From Arcobacteraceae bacterium (GTDB lineage Bacteria; Campylobacterota; Campylobacteria; Campylobacterales; Arcobacteraceae): a DNA stretch of 64,000 nucleotides. Positions 19,175-29,526 of this stretch are shown in pieces. The translations under genes were made by a program, and so were the position numbers. Positions within the stretch are counted from its first letter, which is position 1, and every line of letters begins with the position of its first letter. The stretch covers positions 352,001-416,000 of the forward strand of contig CBDCZH010000015.1 of NCBI GenBank assembly GCA_965224485.1. Direction: 5' to 3'. The notes below the pieces were generated by a model. It ran no database searches. It saw only the letters and a list, made by a program, of their open reading frames with translations, and was not told the DNA's origin.

Positions 19175-21166
19175 TTAAAATCTATAAGCTAATTGCACAC
19201 CTATTTCTCTAGGTTCTGATAAGACAGTATAATAGTCATATAAACCTTCGGTATCATGTTCTTTATTTAATATATTTTTACCATATAAATAAATATCATA
19301 ATCATCAGACTCATATCCTATTTTTAAATTTACAAGTTTATAAGCATCTTGTTTTATTTTATTTGATCTATTTAAAAACATGCTTCCTACACCATTTAAA
19401 TCAGCTCTTGCATAATATCCATTCATATCTCTATATTGTAAGGCTAAACTATAATTGTATTTTGGAGCATAAGGATTATAATTCCCTTCATAATTACCTA
19501 AAGAATCTTTAAATTTACCAAAAACTGTTCTATTATAAGCTAAAGAAGAGAATAGAGTTAACTCTTTATTGATTTTATAATTTAGCTCTAACTCAATTCC
19601 TTTTGAACTAGCAACTCCTGCATTTGAAATATAACTAGTTGTTTGATCAATAGCTGTCATTACTTGCATATTTGAAATATCCATGTAATATAAAGAAGCA
19701 TTAAATACTAAGCTATTATCAAAAAATGAGTTTTTAGAACCTATTTCATAATTCCAAATAGTTTCATCTTCATAAGCCATTTTATCAACAGGTGCGAACT
19801 GATAATATCCTCCACTTTTAAAACCTTTTGAGATAGTAGCATACGCCATTTTATTTTTATCAATTTGATATTCTAATGAAACTTTAGGTGAAAAAGAAGA
19901 AAAAGTATTATCTAAGTTTGTATTAGATTTTTCAATATATATTTCACTATCACTTTTATCGTATCTAAGTCCCCCTAATATTGATATATTATTTGTTAGT
20001 TGATAATCTGCATGAGCAAATATTCCAAAAGAATCATCTTTTGTAGTACTTTGATAACTTCCAGTTTTATTAGGAATTGTAGATTTAAGTTTATAACCAC
20101 CTTCAATTTTATTTTTATCTACAAAGATACCAGTAAGCCAAGTTATTTTATCATCTACAAAACTTAATTTAAGTTCTTGAGATAGATCAGTCATAGGGAT
20201 ATCTACCTTACTATGAAAGGTATATGGAACACCAGCTGAAAAATCAAAATCTCCCAATCTATCATCAATATACTTTTTATATGAAGTAATTGATTCTATT
20301 TTATATTTATCAAAACTATATTCTACTTTTAAAGCCGTAGTTTTTGTTATATTTTTTATATAACCAATTAGATCACTTGTAGTAACTCTATTGTCTTCTA
20401 CTCCTACATTATTTTGAGAAATCGTTCCATCATCTCTTTTAAGTATTGTAGAAATTAAACCAATATCTAAATTATCATTAGGAGTTGCTCTAAGATAAAA
20501 TTTCGCAAAATTGCTTTTCCTATCATTTTCAGTTCTTTTTAAATTTGAGTTATATAAAAAACCATCTTTCTCATAATGTTGTACATCAAAACCAATATAA
20601 AATTTATCTTGGATTATTGGACCACTTACACTTGCAGAATACTCTTTTTTATTATCTTGCCCAAATTCTAAATTAAGTTCACCTTTAAATTCATTATTCG
20701 GTTTATTTGTTATTATATTAATTACACCAGCTTCTGCATTTTTTCCATAAAGTGTTCCTTGAGGTCCTTTTAATACTTCTACTCTTTTTATATTCTTTAA
20801 AAACATTTCAGTTGCTGAACTACTACTAAAAGGAATACCATCAATATAAATACTTACAGAACTTGAAGGTAGTTGAGGGTCTGTACTTATACCTCTAATC
20901 GTTGGAGCTAATCCCCCAAAACCACCTGAATCAAATAACAATAAGTTAGGTGTATAATAAGCCAAATCTTTAACTGATTTTATATTTTTATCTTTTAGAG
21001 AAAACTCATCAAAAACACTCATCGAAATTGGAACATTTTGCATATTCTGTTCTACTTTTTGTGCAGTTACTGTTATTGCATCTAAATTATTTACTTCATT
21101 TGCAAATATGTTATTTGCCAAAAGTAATGAAACACTAAGTGAAAGCATTATTCTTTTCTTACTCAT
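19175..21166 (-). CDS. TonB-dependent siderophore receptor (FyuA-like) 2
   Basis: DAITVTAQK, VEVLKGPQGTLYG, C-terminal LAYRF. Confidence 0.9.
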   Translation of the reverse strand: MSKKRIMLSLSVSLLLANNIFANEVNNLDAITVTAQKVEQNMQNVPISMSVFDEFSLKDKNIKSVKDLAYYTPNLLLFDSGGFGGLAPTIRGISTDPQLPSSSVSIYIDGIPFSSSSATEMFLKNIKRVEVLKGPQGTLYGKNAEAGVINIITNKPNNEFKGELNLEFGQDNKKEYSASVSGPIIQDKFYIGFDVQHYEKDGFLYNSNLKRTENDRKSNFAKFYLRATPNDNLDIGLISTILKRDDGTISQNNVGVEDNRVTTSDLIGYIKNITKTTALKVEYSFDKYKIESITSYKKYIDDRLGDFDFSAGVPYTFHSKVDIPMTDLSQELKLSFVDDKITWLTGIFVDKNKIEGGYKLKSTIPNKTGSYQSTTKDDSFGIFAHADYQLTNNISILGGLRYDKSDSEIYIEKSNTNLDNTFSSFSPKVSLEYQIDKNKMAYATISKGFKSGGYYQFAPVDKMAYEDETIWNYEIGSKNSFFDNSLVFNASLYYMDISNMQVMTAIDQTTSYISNAGVASSKGIELELNYKINKELTLFSSLAYNRTVFGKFKDSLGNYEGNYNPYAPKYNYSLALQYRDMNGYYARADLNGVGSMFLNRSNKIKQDAYKLVNLKIGYESDDYDIYLYGKNILNKEHDTEGLYDYYTVLSEPREIGVQLAYRF

Positions 21167-21201
21167 AAATATCCTTATTTATTAAATTTTAAGTAGTCAG
21201 T

Positions 21202-21276
21202 AGTATAATCAATAACAATAATTAAAATCAATAGTATTAATATTTAAAAGATATTATTTTTTATTAGAAAGGGATT
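21202..21276 (-). promoter_or_regulatory. Promoter of receptor 2: -10, weak Fur-like box, tandem 15-mers
   Basis: TATACT 21202-07; caataattaaaatcaat; tatttaaaagatatt 21241 and tattagaaagggatt 21262. Confidence 0.55.
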
Positions 21277-21278
21277 TT

Positions 21279-22163
21279 ATGATAAACGAGTATAAAATAA
21301 ATAATCATATAACATTACACAAAGTTGATAAATTATTTGACCAAGATATCACAAGTATACGAAAAAATAATATAAATGGACTTATTTTATATATAAATTT
21401 TCAAAAAGACAATGAAAATGAATATACTAGCTTACTAAATGATTATAATATAAAAACTAAAAAAAATCATACTATTATTGATATAATCAATGAGGACGAG
21501 GGTATATCAAAAATAAAAAAAAATACTCATAAACAATTTATTCAACTTGTAATTGAAAAAGATTTTTTAAAAGATTTGATACCAGAAAACAAAAACAATG
21601 AAAAATTCATAAATTTCTTTAAAAGTAATAAAAATATTGAAAATGTAAGTTATAAAAAAACAAATCAAAAAACACAATTATTAGCACATGAAATTTTTAA
21701 TAATAATTTTGATAATAAATTAGAAAAGTTATTTATAGAATCAAAAGTATTAGAACTAATTTATACAGAATTTAAATCTTTATTTTATGATAATAAAACA
21801 ATTATAAATAAAACTATTAAATTATCAAGTACAGATAAAGATGCGATATATAAAGCAAGAGAAATATTGATTAATAATATTTCAAATCCTCCAAATATAA
21901 AAGAATTAGCTAGACTAGTTGCAATTAATGATTTGAAATTAAAGATTGGATTTCATCAATTTTTTAATGAAACACCTTATAGTATATCTTTAGAATATCG
22001 TTTACAAGAAGCAAAATCACTTTTAGAGAAAAGTGAACTAAATATAAATGAAATATCAAAAAAAGTAGGTTATAAATATACTCCAAGTTTTTCAAATGCT
22101 TTTATAAAAAGATTTGGTTTAAGACCAAAAGATATTATGAAAACTAGAACGTATTATTATTAG
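21279..22163 (+). CDS. AraC-family regulator 2
   Basis: PPNIKELARLVAINDLKLKIGF and INEISKKVGY motifs. Confidence 0.9.
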   Translation: MINEYKINNHITLHKVDKLFDQDITSIRKNNINGLILYINFQKDNENEYTSLLNDYNIKTKKNHTIIDIINEDEGISKIKKNTHKQFIQLVIEKDFLKDLIPENKNNEKFINFFKSNKNIENVSYKKTNQKTQLLAHEIFNNNFDNKLEKLFIESKVLELIYTEFKSLFYDNKTIINKTIKLSSTDKDAIYKAREILINNISNPPNIKELARLVAINDLKLKIGFHQFFNETPYSISLEYRLQEAKSLLEKSELNINEISKKVGYKYTPSFSNAFIKRFGLRPKDIMKTRTYYY

Positions 22164-22179
22164 CAGTAATTTTAAATAA

Positions 22180-22208
22180 GAATCTTTTATATTTAATATA
22201 AAAGATTC
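22180..22208. terminator. Hairpin between convergent genes
   Basis: gaatcttttatat-tta-atataaaagattc. Confidence 0.6.
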
Positions 22209-22226
22209 CTCCAAAGTTAAAAAACT

Positions 22227-23108
22227 TTATTTTACGTTAAAAGTAAGAGATGCAGAGTTAAAAACTTGATTGGCTTTTCCATATAAATCTTTTAACTTTC
22301 CGTCTTTTCTAACATCTTCTTTATGACTACAATTTACGATCCAAGATCCTGAGCTTTGTACAATAAATTGAGCTTTTCCTTTTACAATATTTGAATGAAG
22401 TGAGAATTTATTACTTTGACCAAAAGAGTTACTAAAAGCTGTTATAAAATCAATACTATTAGCTGTAATGTTAAGTGGTATATTGTTAAATAAAACTCTA
22501 AACTCAAGCAAATCTCCAACTTTTACATTAGATAAATCACTTATTGGAATTATTTCTAAACCATGACCTAAGGGTTTTTGCTCACTCCACGATCCAAGTG
22601 TTAAATAAGATTTTGCGAAAGCTTGATATTTTACAGACATTAAAACTTTTTTTATATTTTTTACTTTATCTCTTGATTTAAGAGATAATCTTGTTCTATT
22701 TTTTGTATCTATATATTGAGTATAAAATGTTGGTTTTGATTTTGCTTCTAAGCTATAAACACCTTTTTTACTATCTTTTTTAAGAGAAATTTTTTGTAAA
22801 GCAATTTGAGCCTCATATAAATCAAAGTTTTTAGTACTTTTAAACGGTTCTTCAATCTTACTTTTTGGAAGCTGTAATTTAGTCTTTACATTATTTGGGC
22901 TGATAATACTAAAATCTTCTATTATAACTCTTGCATTTGCAGAGTTTAATATATCATCAAGAGGTAAACTATGTCCCCAGCCTAAACTAACCATTGTATG
23001 ACCTGGTTGATGAGTAAAAGATTCCATTGAATTTATCCATAAACTATGTGAGAATAAATTACTTGCTGCAATAATAACTATGATTGATATTTTTTGTAAT
23101 AATTTCAT
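22227..23108 (-). CDS. DUF4198-family periplasmic protein
   Basis: Signal peptide then HSLW; GWGH, AKSY, LEIIP and FRVLF motifs; C-terminal SLTF. Confidence 0.75.
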   Translation of the reverse strand: MKLLQKISIIVIIAASNLFSHSLWINSMESFTHQPGHTMVSLGWGHSLPLDDILNSANARVIIEDFSIISPNNVKTKLQLPKSKIEEPFKSTKNFDLYEAQIALQKISLKKDSKKGVYSLEAKSKPTFYTQYIDTKNRTRLSLKSRDKVKNIKKVLMSVKYQAFAKSYLTLGSWSEQKPLGHGLEIIPISDLSNVKVGDLLEFRVLFNNIPLNITANSIDFITAFSNSFGQSNKFSLHSNIVKGKAQFIVQSSGSWIVNCSHKEDVRKDGKLKDLYGKANQVFNSASLTFNVK

Positions 23109-23129
23109 TTTTGTCCTTTTATTTCTAAA

Positions 23130-23203
23130 AGTATAATATTATTGATAATATTTATCAATATTGTTTTTATTAATTAAGGATTTTTTTTTATTACTTATGT
23201 ATT
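23130..23203 (-). promoter_or_regulatory. DUF4198 promoter: -10, strong Fur box, tandem 15-mers
   Basis: TATACT 23130-35; attgataatatttatcaat 23141-59; tattaattaaggatt 23168 and tattacttatgtatt 23189. Confidence 0.7.
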
Positions 23204-23207
23204 AAAT

Positions 23208-23250
23208 AAGAATTAAAAAAGAGAAAATAATAAGGCTCTCTCTTTTTAAT
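23208..23250. repeat. Direct repeat copy 1 (terminator-like)
   Basis: aagaattaaaaaagagaaaataataaggctctctctttttaat, near-identical to 25907..25948. Confidence 0.8.
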
Positions 23251-23277
23251 TTAGCAGAATAAGATAATTAGCGTTAT

Positions 23278-25524
23278 TTAATATTTTACAATTAAATTAA
23301 AATTATAATTTCTTCCAGGTGAACTGAACCTTTCTACTCCTAATCCTTTAGAATCAACCATATTTGTTGTTCCAAATTCTGGAATATTTCGCAAGTCATT
23401 CCAAGTATAATATTTTTTATTAAATATATTATTTATTCCCATACCTAAAGAAACATTTTTGTTAATATTCCAATATCCCCTTAAGTCTGAAACAAAAGCA
23501 GCTTCATTTGTATATTTTGAATATTTTTCAACTTCACCTTTCCAAGTATAGTGTGTTTCTTTTGTCTCTTCTTTCTTTTTTGCACCCATATAATTTGCTG
23601 AAAAGTAAAATCCATAATCTTTTGAATCAAAGCCAAGTCCTAAAACAACATTTAAAGGTTGTATCGCTCGCATATCATCTTTTGTACTTTTTGATCCTTT
23701 TGAATAAGTGGCTGAAAGTTTTGTATAAAAACCTTCAGTAAAATTTAAAGCTTCATGTAAGTCTAAACTACCAGAAAACTCAATACCATTTATCTTTGCT
23801 TCATCAATATTCCATTGTTTAAAATGGTATTCAGGCATATACTCTTTACCAAAACCATGACTAATAAACCATGGATTTTTCACTAAAACACTAAAAGTTC
23901 GCTCTTCTATAAAATCCTTATACTTAGTACTAAAAGCACTTAAAACAGCTTCTCCTAGTCTTCCATCAACTTTAAGAGCAATTTCTTGATTTATAGAATA
24001 TTCAGATTTTAAATCTGGATTTGGATCAATAAAATTATCCCCAGCTGTAAAGGAGAAGTATAATTCTAAGGCCTTTGGAGCTCGAAAGCCTTTACTTAAC
24101 TTATATTCTAAAGCAATTTCATCACTAAATTGATAGTTTAAACGAGTAAACCAAGTTGGTGCTGAGAACTTTTTTATTGCAAGATTATCCCTATCTTGTT
24201 TTGTACTTAAAGTATCAAGAAGAGGCTCATGCTGATACATATCATATCTTATTCCTACATCCAACTCAAAGTTGTCATATATATAAGAATCTTTTATTTT
24301 TAAATTAAGAGTTTTAGTATTAACAGGGTTAATGATACTAAAATTTCTCTCCCAAATTATTTCTCCTTTATCAAACAGAAGATCTCTATTTATATTTTTA
24401 AATCCACTATCTGAATAACCTGAGGATAAACTAATATAATGATCTCCAATACTTGTTTCAATAGGAGTGAAAGAAGTATCAATCGTAAAATTTTTTATGT
24501 TTTGTAAGGTATTTCTATCATTGGTTTGCTCAAGAATTCCATTATCTACTCCATACTTTTTAGTAATTGCATGTTGCTCTATCTTTTGTTTTGAGTATTT
24601 TAACTTTAAGGTATCTAGAAAAGAACCACTTGGCATATAATTATAAGAAAAGCCATATCGTTCATATGGAGAAATGTCTTGTGCAAAACGTCTCTCATAA
24701 TCAGTATATGATTTTTCTTCTGTATGTACATTCATTTTTCTATTTTCAAAAGAACTATCTATACAATGAATATCATTAAAACAATAACCTAGTTTACTAA
24801 GAATTGAAGTTGATTTTTTACTTGAAGGTTCTGCTATTTGTCTTGCACTTCCATAAATATCTTCACCTCTTTCATATGTTTTAGTTTCATGTCCATTTCT
24901 TCTTACTACTTGGAATAAACCTTTCATTCCTCTATCTTTAAAACCCATTCCTAAAACTTTTACTAATTCTTTATTTTTAGAACCATATGAGAATTTATTA
25001 TAAAATCCTATATTTTTGCCTGGTAGTATAAAATCTTCTGCCTCTTTCGTTCTAAACTCAACTGCACCTCCAATTCCTCCACTTCCAACACTAAAAGAAT
25101 CTGCACCTTTATTTATAACTACCTTACTTATATTTTCCAATTCTGTTGTATTTCTATTTCCACTCATATACCCATAACCTGAGTATACACTTGGCATAAA
25201 TGATTCTGCTTGAGCTATTCCATCAACTGTAATAGCAACTCTATCTGTTTCAACTCCTCTAATAGCATATCCATTAGAACCTGAACGACCACCCGAATTT
25301 ACGCTTACTCCAGGAACATTTTTAAGTAAATCATATTCATCATTAATTAACTCTTTTGTAAGTGCATCAGAGTTTTTTGTTATTTTTCTTGAATCTATAT
25401 TATCATTAAAATCTTGAATTATGATTTCACCAAGAGAGTGAGTATCTTCGTTTGCAAAACAAATACCTTGAATAAAAGTATTCATAATAATTACTGTTAA
25501 TAATTTTCTTTTAAATTTTTTCAT
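23278..25524 (-). CDS. TonB-dependent haemoglobin/haem/transferrin-family receptor
   Basis: GYAIRGVETDRVAITVDG, KGADSF..GSGGIGGAV, FRAP and NPDL motifs, SPGRNY C-terminus. Confidence 0.85.
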   Translation of the reverse strand: MKKFKRKLLTVIIMNTFIQGICFANEDTHSLGEIIIQDFNDNIDSRKITKNSDALTKELINDEYDLLKNVPGVSVNSGGRSGSNGYAIRGVETDRVAITVDGIAQAESFMPSVYSGYGYMSGNRNTTELENISKVVINKGADSFSVGSGGIGGAVEFRTKEAEDFILPGKNIGFYNKFSYGSKNKELVKVLGMGFKDRGMKGLFQVVRRNGHETKTYERGEDIYGSARQIAEPSSKKSTSILSKLGYCFNDIHCIDSSFENRKMNVHTEEKSYTDYERRFAQDISPYERYGFSYNYMPSGSFLDTLKLKYSKQKIEQHAITKKYGVDNGILEQTNDRNTLQNIKNFTIDTSFTPIETSIGDHYISLSSGYSDSGFKNINRDLLFDKGEIIWERNFSIINPVNTKTLNLKIKDSYIYDNFELDVGIRYDMYQHEPLLDTLSTKQDRDNLAIKKFSAPTWFTRLNYQFSDEIALEYKLSKGFRAPKALELYFSFTAGDNFIDPNPDLKSEYSINQEIALKVDGRLGEAVLSAFSTKYKDFIEERTFSVLVKNPWFISHGFGKEYMPEYHFKQWNIDEAKINGIEFSGSLDLHEALNFTEGFYTKLSATYSKGSKSTKDDMRAIQPLNVVLGLGFDSKDYGFYFSANYMGAKKKEETKETHYTWKGEVEKYSKYTNEAAFVSDLRGYWNINKNVSLGMGINNIFNKKYYTWNDLRNIPEFGTTNMVDSKGLGVERFSSPGRNYNFNLIVKY

Positions 25525-25841
25525 TCTATATACAGCCTAAATAAAAAGTAGGATTCTCTGTAAAATAAGGATTCGACTCTATTTTTTTTATTTTATTTTT
25601 AATTTTTATATTCCTTTTTTTATAATTTTAATTTTTTAACTCTATGAAATTATTTTCTATGTTTTTTTATAAATTTTTTTAAATTAACAAAAAATAAATT
25701 TAATTAATCAATTGATATTATATTTACTGTACTTTGAAAAATTGAAATATTAATTTTTAGAAAGATAAATAATTTGAGTTTATTTTAGTTTATTTTTAAG
25801 AATGAAAATTATAATACGTAATTTATTAAAATTTAATTAAT

Positions 25842-25860
25842 TATCATAATTATTATCAAT
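25842..25860. promoter_or_regulatory. Fur-like box upstream of the haem-type receptor
   Basis: Minus strand attgataataattatgata (TGATAAT-N-ATTATGA). Confidence 0.6.
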
Positions 25861-25906
25861 ATATTAATAATTATTCTTCCTATTATGTAAGTTTTGTTGA
25901 ATATTA

Positions 25907-25948
25907 AAGAATAAAAAAGAGAAAACACTAAGGCTCTCTCTTTTTAAT
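25907..25948. repeat. Direct repeat copy 2 (terminator of receptor 3)
   Basis: aagaataaaaaagagaaaacactaaggctctctctttttaat. Confidence 0.8.
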
Positions 25949-25952
25949 AAGA

Positions 25953-27941
25953 CTAGAATCTATAGGTAAGTTGAATACCTATCTCTCTTGGGTCAGAGAA
26001 TAAAACATATTTGCCTTCATAATAACCATTTGTATCATGTTGTTTATTAAATAAATTGTTTGCATATAAATAAATATCAAACTCTTCAGCCTCATATCCT
26101 ATTTTGGTACTAACTAAAGAGTAGGCTTTTTGTTCAAATTTATTTGCCTTATCTAAATACATTTTTCCATATCCATTTATATCAGCACTAGTATAATATC
26201 CAGAAGCTCCTCTATATTTTATACCTGCACTATAACTATATTTAGGAGCATAAGGATTGAAGTTTCCACTATAGTTTCCTAAAGTATCACTAAAGTCTTT
26301 AAAATTTGTTTTGTTATAACCAAGGGTTCCATATACATTTACAAAATCATTAAGCTGATATTGTAATTCTAATTCTAAACCTTTTGAACTTGAACTAGCT
26401 GCATTTGAAATATATCCACTCACTGCACTAGTTGAAGTAAGCACTTGCATATCTTTTATATCCATATAATAAGCAGTAAGATTTAAACTAAGAGTATCTT
26501 CTAAAAATTTATTCTTAATTCCTAGTTCATAATTCCATAAAGTTTCTTTGTCAAAGTTTTTTGGATTTCCAGGCGCTGCGAACATATAAAAACCACCACT
26601 TTTATAACCTTTTGCAATGCTTACATAAGTCATTTGATTATTGTTAATTTTATATTTCAAAGAAAGTTTTGGAGATATTTCACTATATGATGTTGATAAA
26701 TCAATATTTTGAGTTTTATCAGATATTTTTTTATTATCTTTATCATATCTTACTCCACTTATCAAAGTTAGAGCATCATTTATTTTATAATCTGTATGTA
26801 AAAATATACCTAAAGAGTTATTATCTAAAGTACTAGAAAACTTACCTTTAAATGCTGGATTTGCAGAATCAATTTCATATCCACCTATTTTGTTATCTTT
26901 ATCTAAATAAAGACCAAGTAAATAATTAAAATCACCTATATTATTACTCAATCTAAACTCTTGAGATTTACTTTTATATGTATCTTTGATGGTACTATGG
27001 TAAAAAGTCATCGAAGAGAAGTCATAATCACCTAATCTATAATCAAGATCTTTTTTATACGCACTAATAGATTCAAACTTATAATCATCATATAAATATT
27101 CTAATTTAAAAGCATGAGAAGTATTTTGAGATTTATTAAATCCTTGTATATTATTTGCTGTTTTTCTTGAATCAACTGCGTTCATACTATTCATAGAGGG
27201 AGCACCATCATTATATTTAGCCTTTGAAGAAATCAAAGAAAGTTTTAAATTATCACTTGCTTTATATAATAAACTTATTTTTCCATAATTGTTTTCTCTA
27301 TAGTTTTCTTTATTATTAAGATATGAGTTAGAGATAAAACCATCTTTACTATAATGTCTTGCACTTAGGTTAAAAAATAACTTATTTTCTACTATTGGGC
27401 CATTTACATTTACAGAATACTCTTTTTTATTATCACTACCAAAAGAAGCATTTACACTTCCACTGAATATATTTGTTGGTTGCTTAGTAATTACATTTAT
27501 TACACCAGCTTGTGCATTTTTTCCATATAGTGTTCCTTGTGGACCTCTTAATACTTCTATTCTCTCAATATTTTGTAAAATTGCGTTATAACCAACCGTT
27601 CCTAGAGTTGGAATACCATCAATATACATTCCAACAGTTGTAGATACAGAACTTGCGTCTGAATATAAACCTCTACTTGAAGGAGATATTGCCCCAAAGT
27701 CTCCTGGATTTACCATATATAAATTAGGTGTATACTTTCCAATATCTTTTATACTTTTAATATTTTTATCTTCTATATCAAACTGGGTAAAAACATTTAA
27801 AGATAAAGGTACCTCAAAAATACTCTCTTCTTGTTTTTGTGCAGTTACTTCAATATCAGCTAAAGTTTTTGCTTCTTTTGCCATTAAAGTATTATGCATA
27901 AGTGCAAAAACTGTAATAATACTTAAAATTGATTTATTCAT
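25953..27941 (-). CDS. TonB-dependent siderophore receptor (FyuA-like) 3
   Basis: IEVTAQK, IERIEVLRGPQGTLYG, C-terminal LTYRF. Confidence 0.9.
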   Translation of the reverse strand: MNKSILSIITVFALMHNTLMAKEAKTLADIEVTAQKQEESIFEVPLSLNVFTQFDIEDKNIKSIKDIGKYTPNLYMVNPGDFGAISPSSRGLYSDASSVSTTVGMYIDGIPTLGTVGYNAILQNIERIEVLRGPQGTLYGKNAQAGVINVITKQPTNIFSGSVNASFGSDNKKEYSVNVNGPIVENKLFFNLSARHYSKDGFISNSYLNNKENYRENNYGKISLLYKASDNLKLSLISSKAKYNDGAPSMNSMNAVDSRKTANNIQGFNKSQNTSHAFKLEYLYDDYKFESISAYKKDLDYRLGDYDFSSMTFYHSTIKDTYKSKSQEFRLSNNIGDFNYLLGLYLDKDNKIGGYEIDSANPAFKGKFSSTLDNNSLGIFLHTDYKINDALTLISGVRYDKDNKKISDKTQNIDLSTSYSEISPKLSLKYKINNNQMTYVSIAKGYKSGGFYMFAAPGNPKNFDKETLWNYELGIKNKFLEDTLSLNLTAYYMDIKDMQVLTSTSAVSGYISNAASSSSKGLELELQYQLNDFVNVYGTLGYNKTNFKDFSDTLGNYSGNFNPYAPKYSYSAGIKYRGASGYYTSADINGYGKMYLDKANKFEQKAYSLVSTKIGYEAEEFDIYLYANNLFNKQHDTNGYYEGKYVLFSDPREIGIQLTYRF

Positions 27942-27978
27942 TTATTTTCTCCTAATTATATTTGTTTAATTAATTTGT

Positions 27979-28052
27979 AGTATACTAATAACAAATATCA
28001 AAATCAATATATACTTTAAGAAAAAAGTATTTACTTTTAGGAAAGCAGTATT
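27979..28052 (-). promoter_or_regulatory. Promoter of receptor 3: -10, Fur-like box, tandem 15-mers
   Basis: TATACT 27979-84; caaatatcaaaatcaat; taagaaaaaagtatt 28017 and taggaaagcagtatt 28038. Confidence 0.55.
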
Positions 28053-28054
28053 TA

Positions 28055-28993
28055 ATGTCATATAATTTTAATAGCAAGGATATAAATCAGTTTTTAGATA
28101 TAAACTCTTTTAATAAAAAAATTGATTTTCCTAAAGAAACTGGACATATGTTTATAGAAAAAAGTGTAATTTCAAGTGAAATTATCTTATTTAAAAATAG
28201 TATTCACGCAAAAAAAGATATCTCTTTATTTCAAGAAGAATCATATAGTAATACTTTATATTTAAATATTACTCTTGATGGAGAATTATTTTTTCAAGGT
28301 TTTTCAAAAAAAGATTCTTTTCTTACTAAAAAATCTCATACAACAATGTTTTTATCAAATCCTAAAAAAGGAAGTACGAATATAAAAAGAGATTCTTATA
28401 TAAAAAGCTTATCTATACTTATAAATAAAAGTTTTTTATCACCTTTAGTTTTAAATAAAATTGAGAAAAAAGAAAAACATTCAAGAATATTTCCCTCTTC
28501 TCCAAGAGTACAGCAACTAGCAAAAGAGTTATATATAAGTAATTTAAATGATGATATTGAAAAAATTTTTATTCAAAGTAAAATATTAGAAATATTATAT
28601 TGTGAAATAAACACAAGTAGTGAAATAAACATTTCACAAACAGGAATAAAATTTTCCGCTTACGATATAGAAGCCTTACATCAAGCTAAAGATATAATGC
28701 AAAATTCAATTCAAAAACCACCCTCACTTATAGAATTAAGTAAGATAGTGAAACTAAATGAGTTTAAATTGAAATTTGGTTTTAAAAAACTTTTTGGTTT
28801 AGCACCTTATGAAATTTCTAGAGAGTATAAAATGATTGAAGCAAAAAAGCTCTTAGAGTCTAGTGAATTTAATGTTGGCGAAATATCTAAAAAAGTTGGA
28901 TATAAACATATACAAACATTTTCTACTGCATTTACAAAACATTATGGAATAAAACCAAAAGATATAATGAAAAGTAGAACTTATTATTATTAG
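28055..28993 (+). CDS. AraC-family regulator 3
   Basis: PPSLIELSKIVKLNEFKLKFGFK and VGEISKKVGY motifs. Confidence 0.9.
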   Translation: MSYNFNSKDINQFLDINSFNKKIDFPKETGHMFIEKSVISSEIILFKNSIHAKKDISLFQEESYSNTLYLNITLDGELFFQGFSKKDSFLTKKSHTTMFLSNPKKGSTNIKRDSYIKSLSILINKSFLSPLVLNKIEKKEKHSRIFPSSPRVQQLAKELYISNLNDDIEKIFIQSKILEILYCEINTSSEINISQTGIKFSAYDIEALHQAKDIMQNSIQKPPSLIELSKIVKLNEFKLKFGFKKLFGLAPYEISREYKMIEAKKLLESSEFNVGEISKKVGYKHIQTFSTAFTKHYGIKPKDIMKSRTYYY

Positions 28994-29526
28994 AAAAGTA
29001 AAATTTTAAAACCTATAATTATTAAAATAACACCACCTAAAATTTCTGCTTTACTTGCATATTTTTCACCACCTTTGTACCCAAGATAAATAGCGATAAA
29101 ACTAAATATAAAAGTTGTGAACCCTATAACAAATAAAGAAAGAACAATACTAATCTCGTATAAACGCAAGGTGAAACCAGCAGCAAGTGCATCTATGCTT
29201 GTAAGACAAGCAAGGATTAAAAGAAGTTTATTGGAAGTATCTGTTTCAACATCTTCATCTTTGTTATAAGCTTCATATATCATTTTTACACCAATGAGTA
29301 CTAATAAAGCAAATGATATTAAAGTATATGATTCACCAATAAAATCCTTTAAGCCTAATCCACCTAAATATCCAAGTAAAGGCATCAAAGCCTGAAAAAA
29401 ACCAAAAAACAAAGCAACTTTTAAAGCAAATACTTTTATATTTTTATGTTTTTTCATTCCCAAACCTATTGAAACGGCAAAAGCATCCATACTAAGAGCT
29501 AAAGCTAAGAAGAAAACCTCAATCAC
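28990..29526 (-). CDS. mntP: Manganese efflux pump MntP
   Basis: ALSMDAFAVS, FGFFQALMP, TSIDALAAG and AEILGG motifs. Confidence 0.9.
   Translation of the reverse strand: MIEVFFLALALSMDAFAVSIGLGMKKHKNIKVFALKVALFFGFFQALMPLLGYLGGLGLKDFIGESYTLISFALLVLIGVKMIYEAYNKDEDVETDTSNKLLLILACLTSIDALAAGFTLRLYEISIVLSLFVIGFTTFIFSFIAIYLGYKGGEKYASKAEILGGVILIIIGFKILLF

Noticed and set aside
25525..25906. Long AT-rich intergenic region as an sRNA or small ORF
   Set aside because: No convincing ORF or stable structure seen; only Fur-like boxes
9965..27941. TonB receptors as lanthanophore (LutH-like) receptors for PedH
   Set aside because: They carry Fur-like boxes and AraC partners, lack the GCTATA box, and are separated from the alcohol locus by housekeeping genes; no positive evidence
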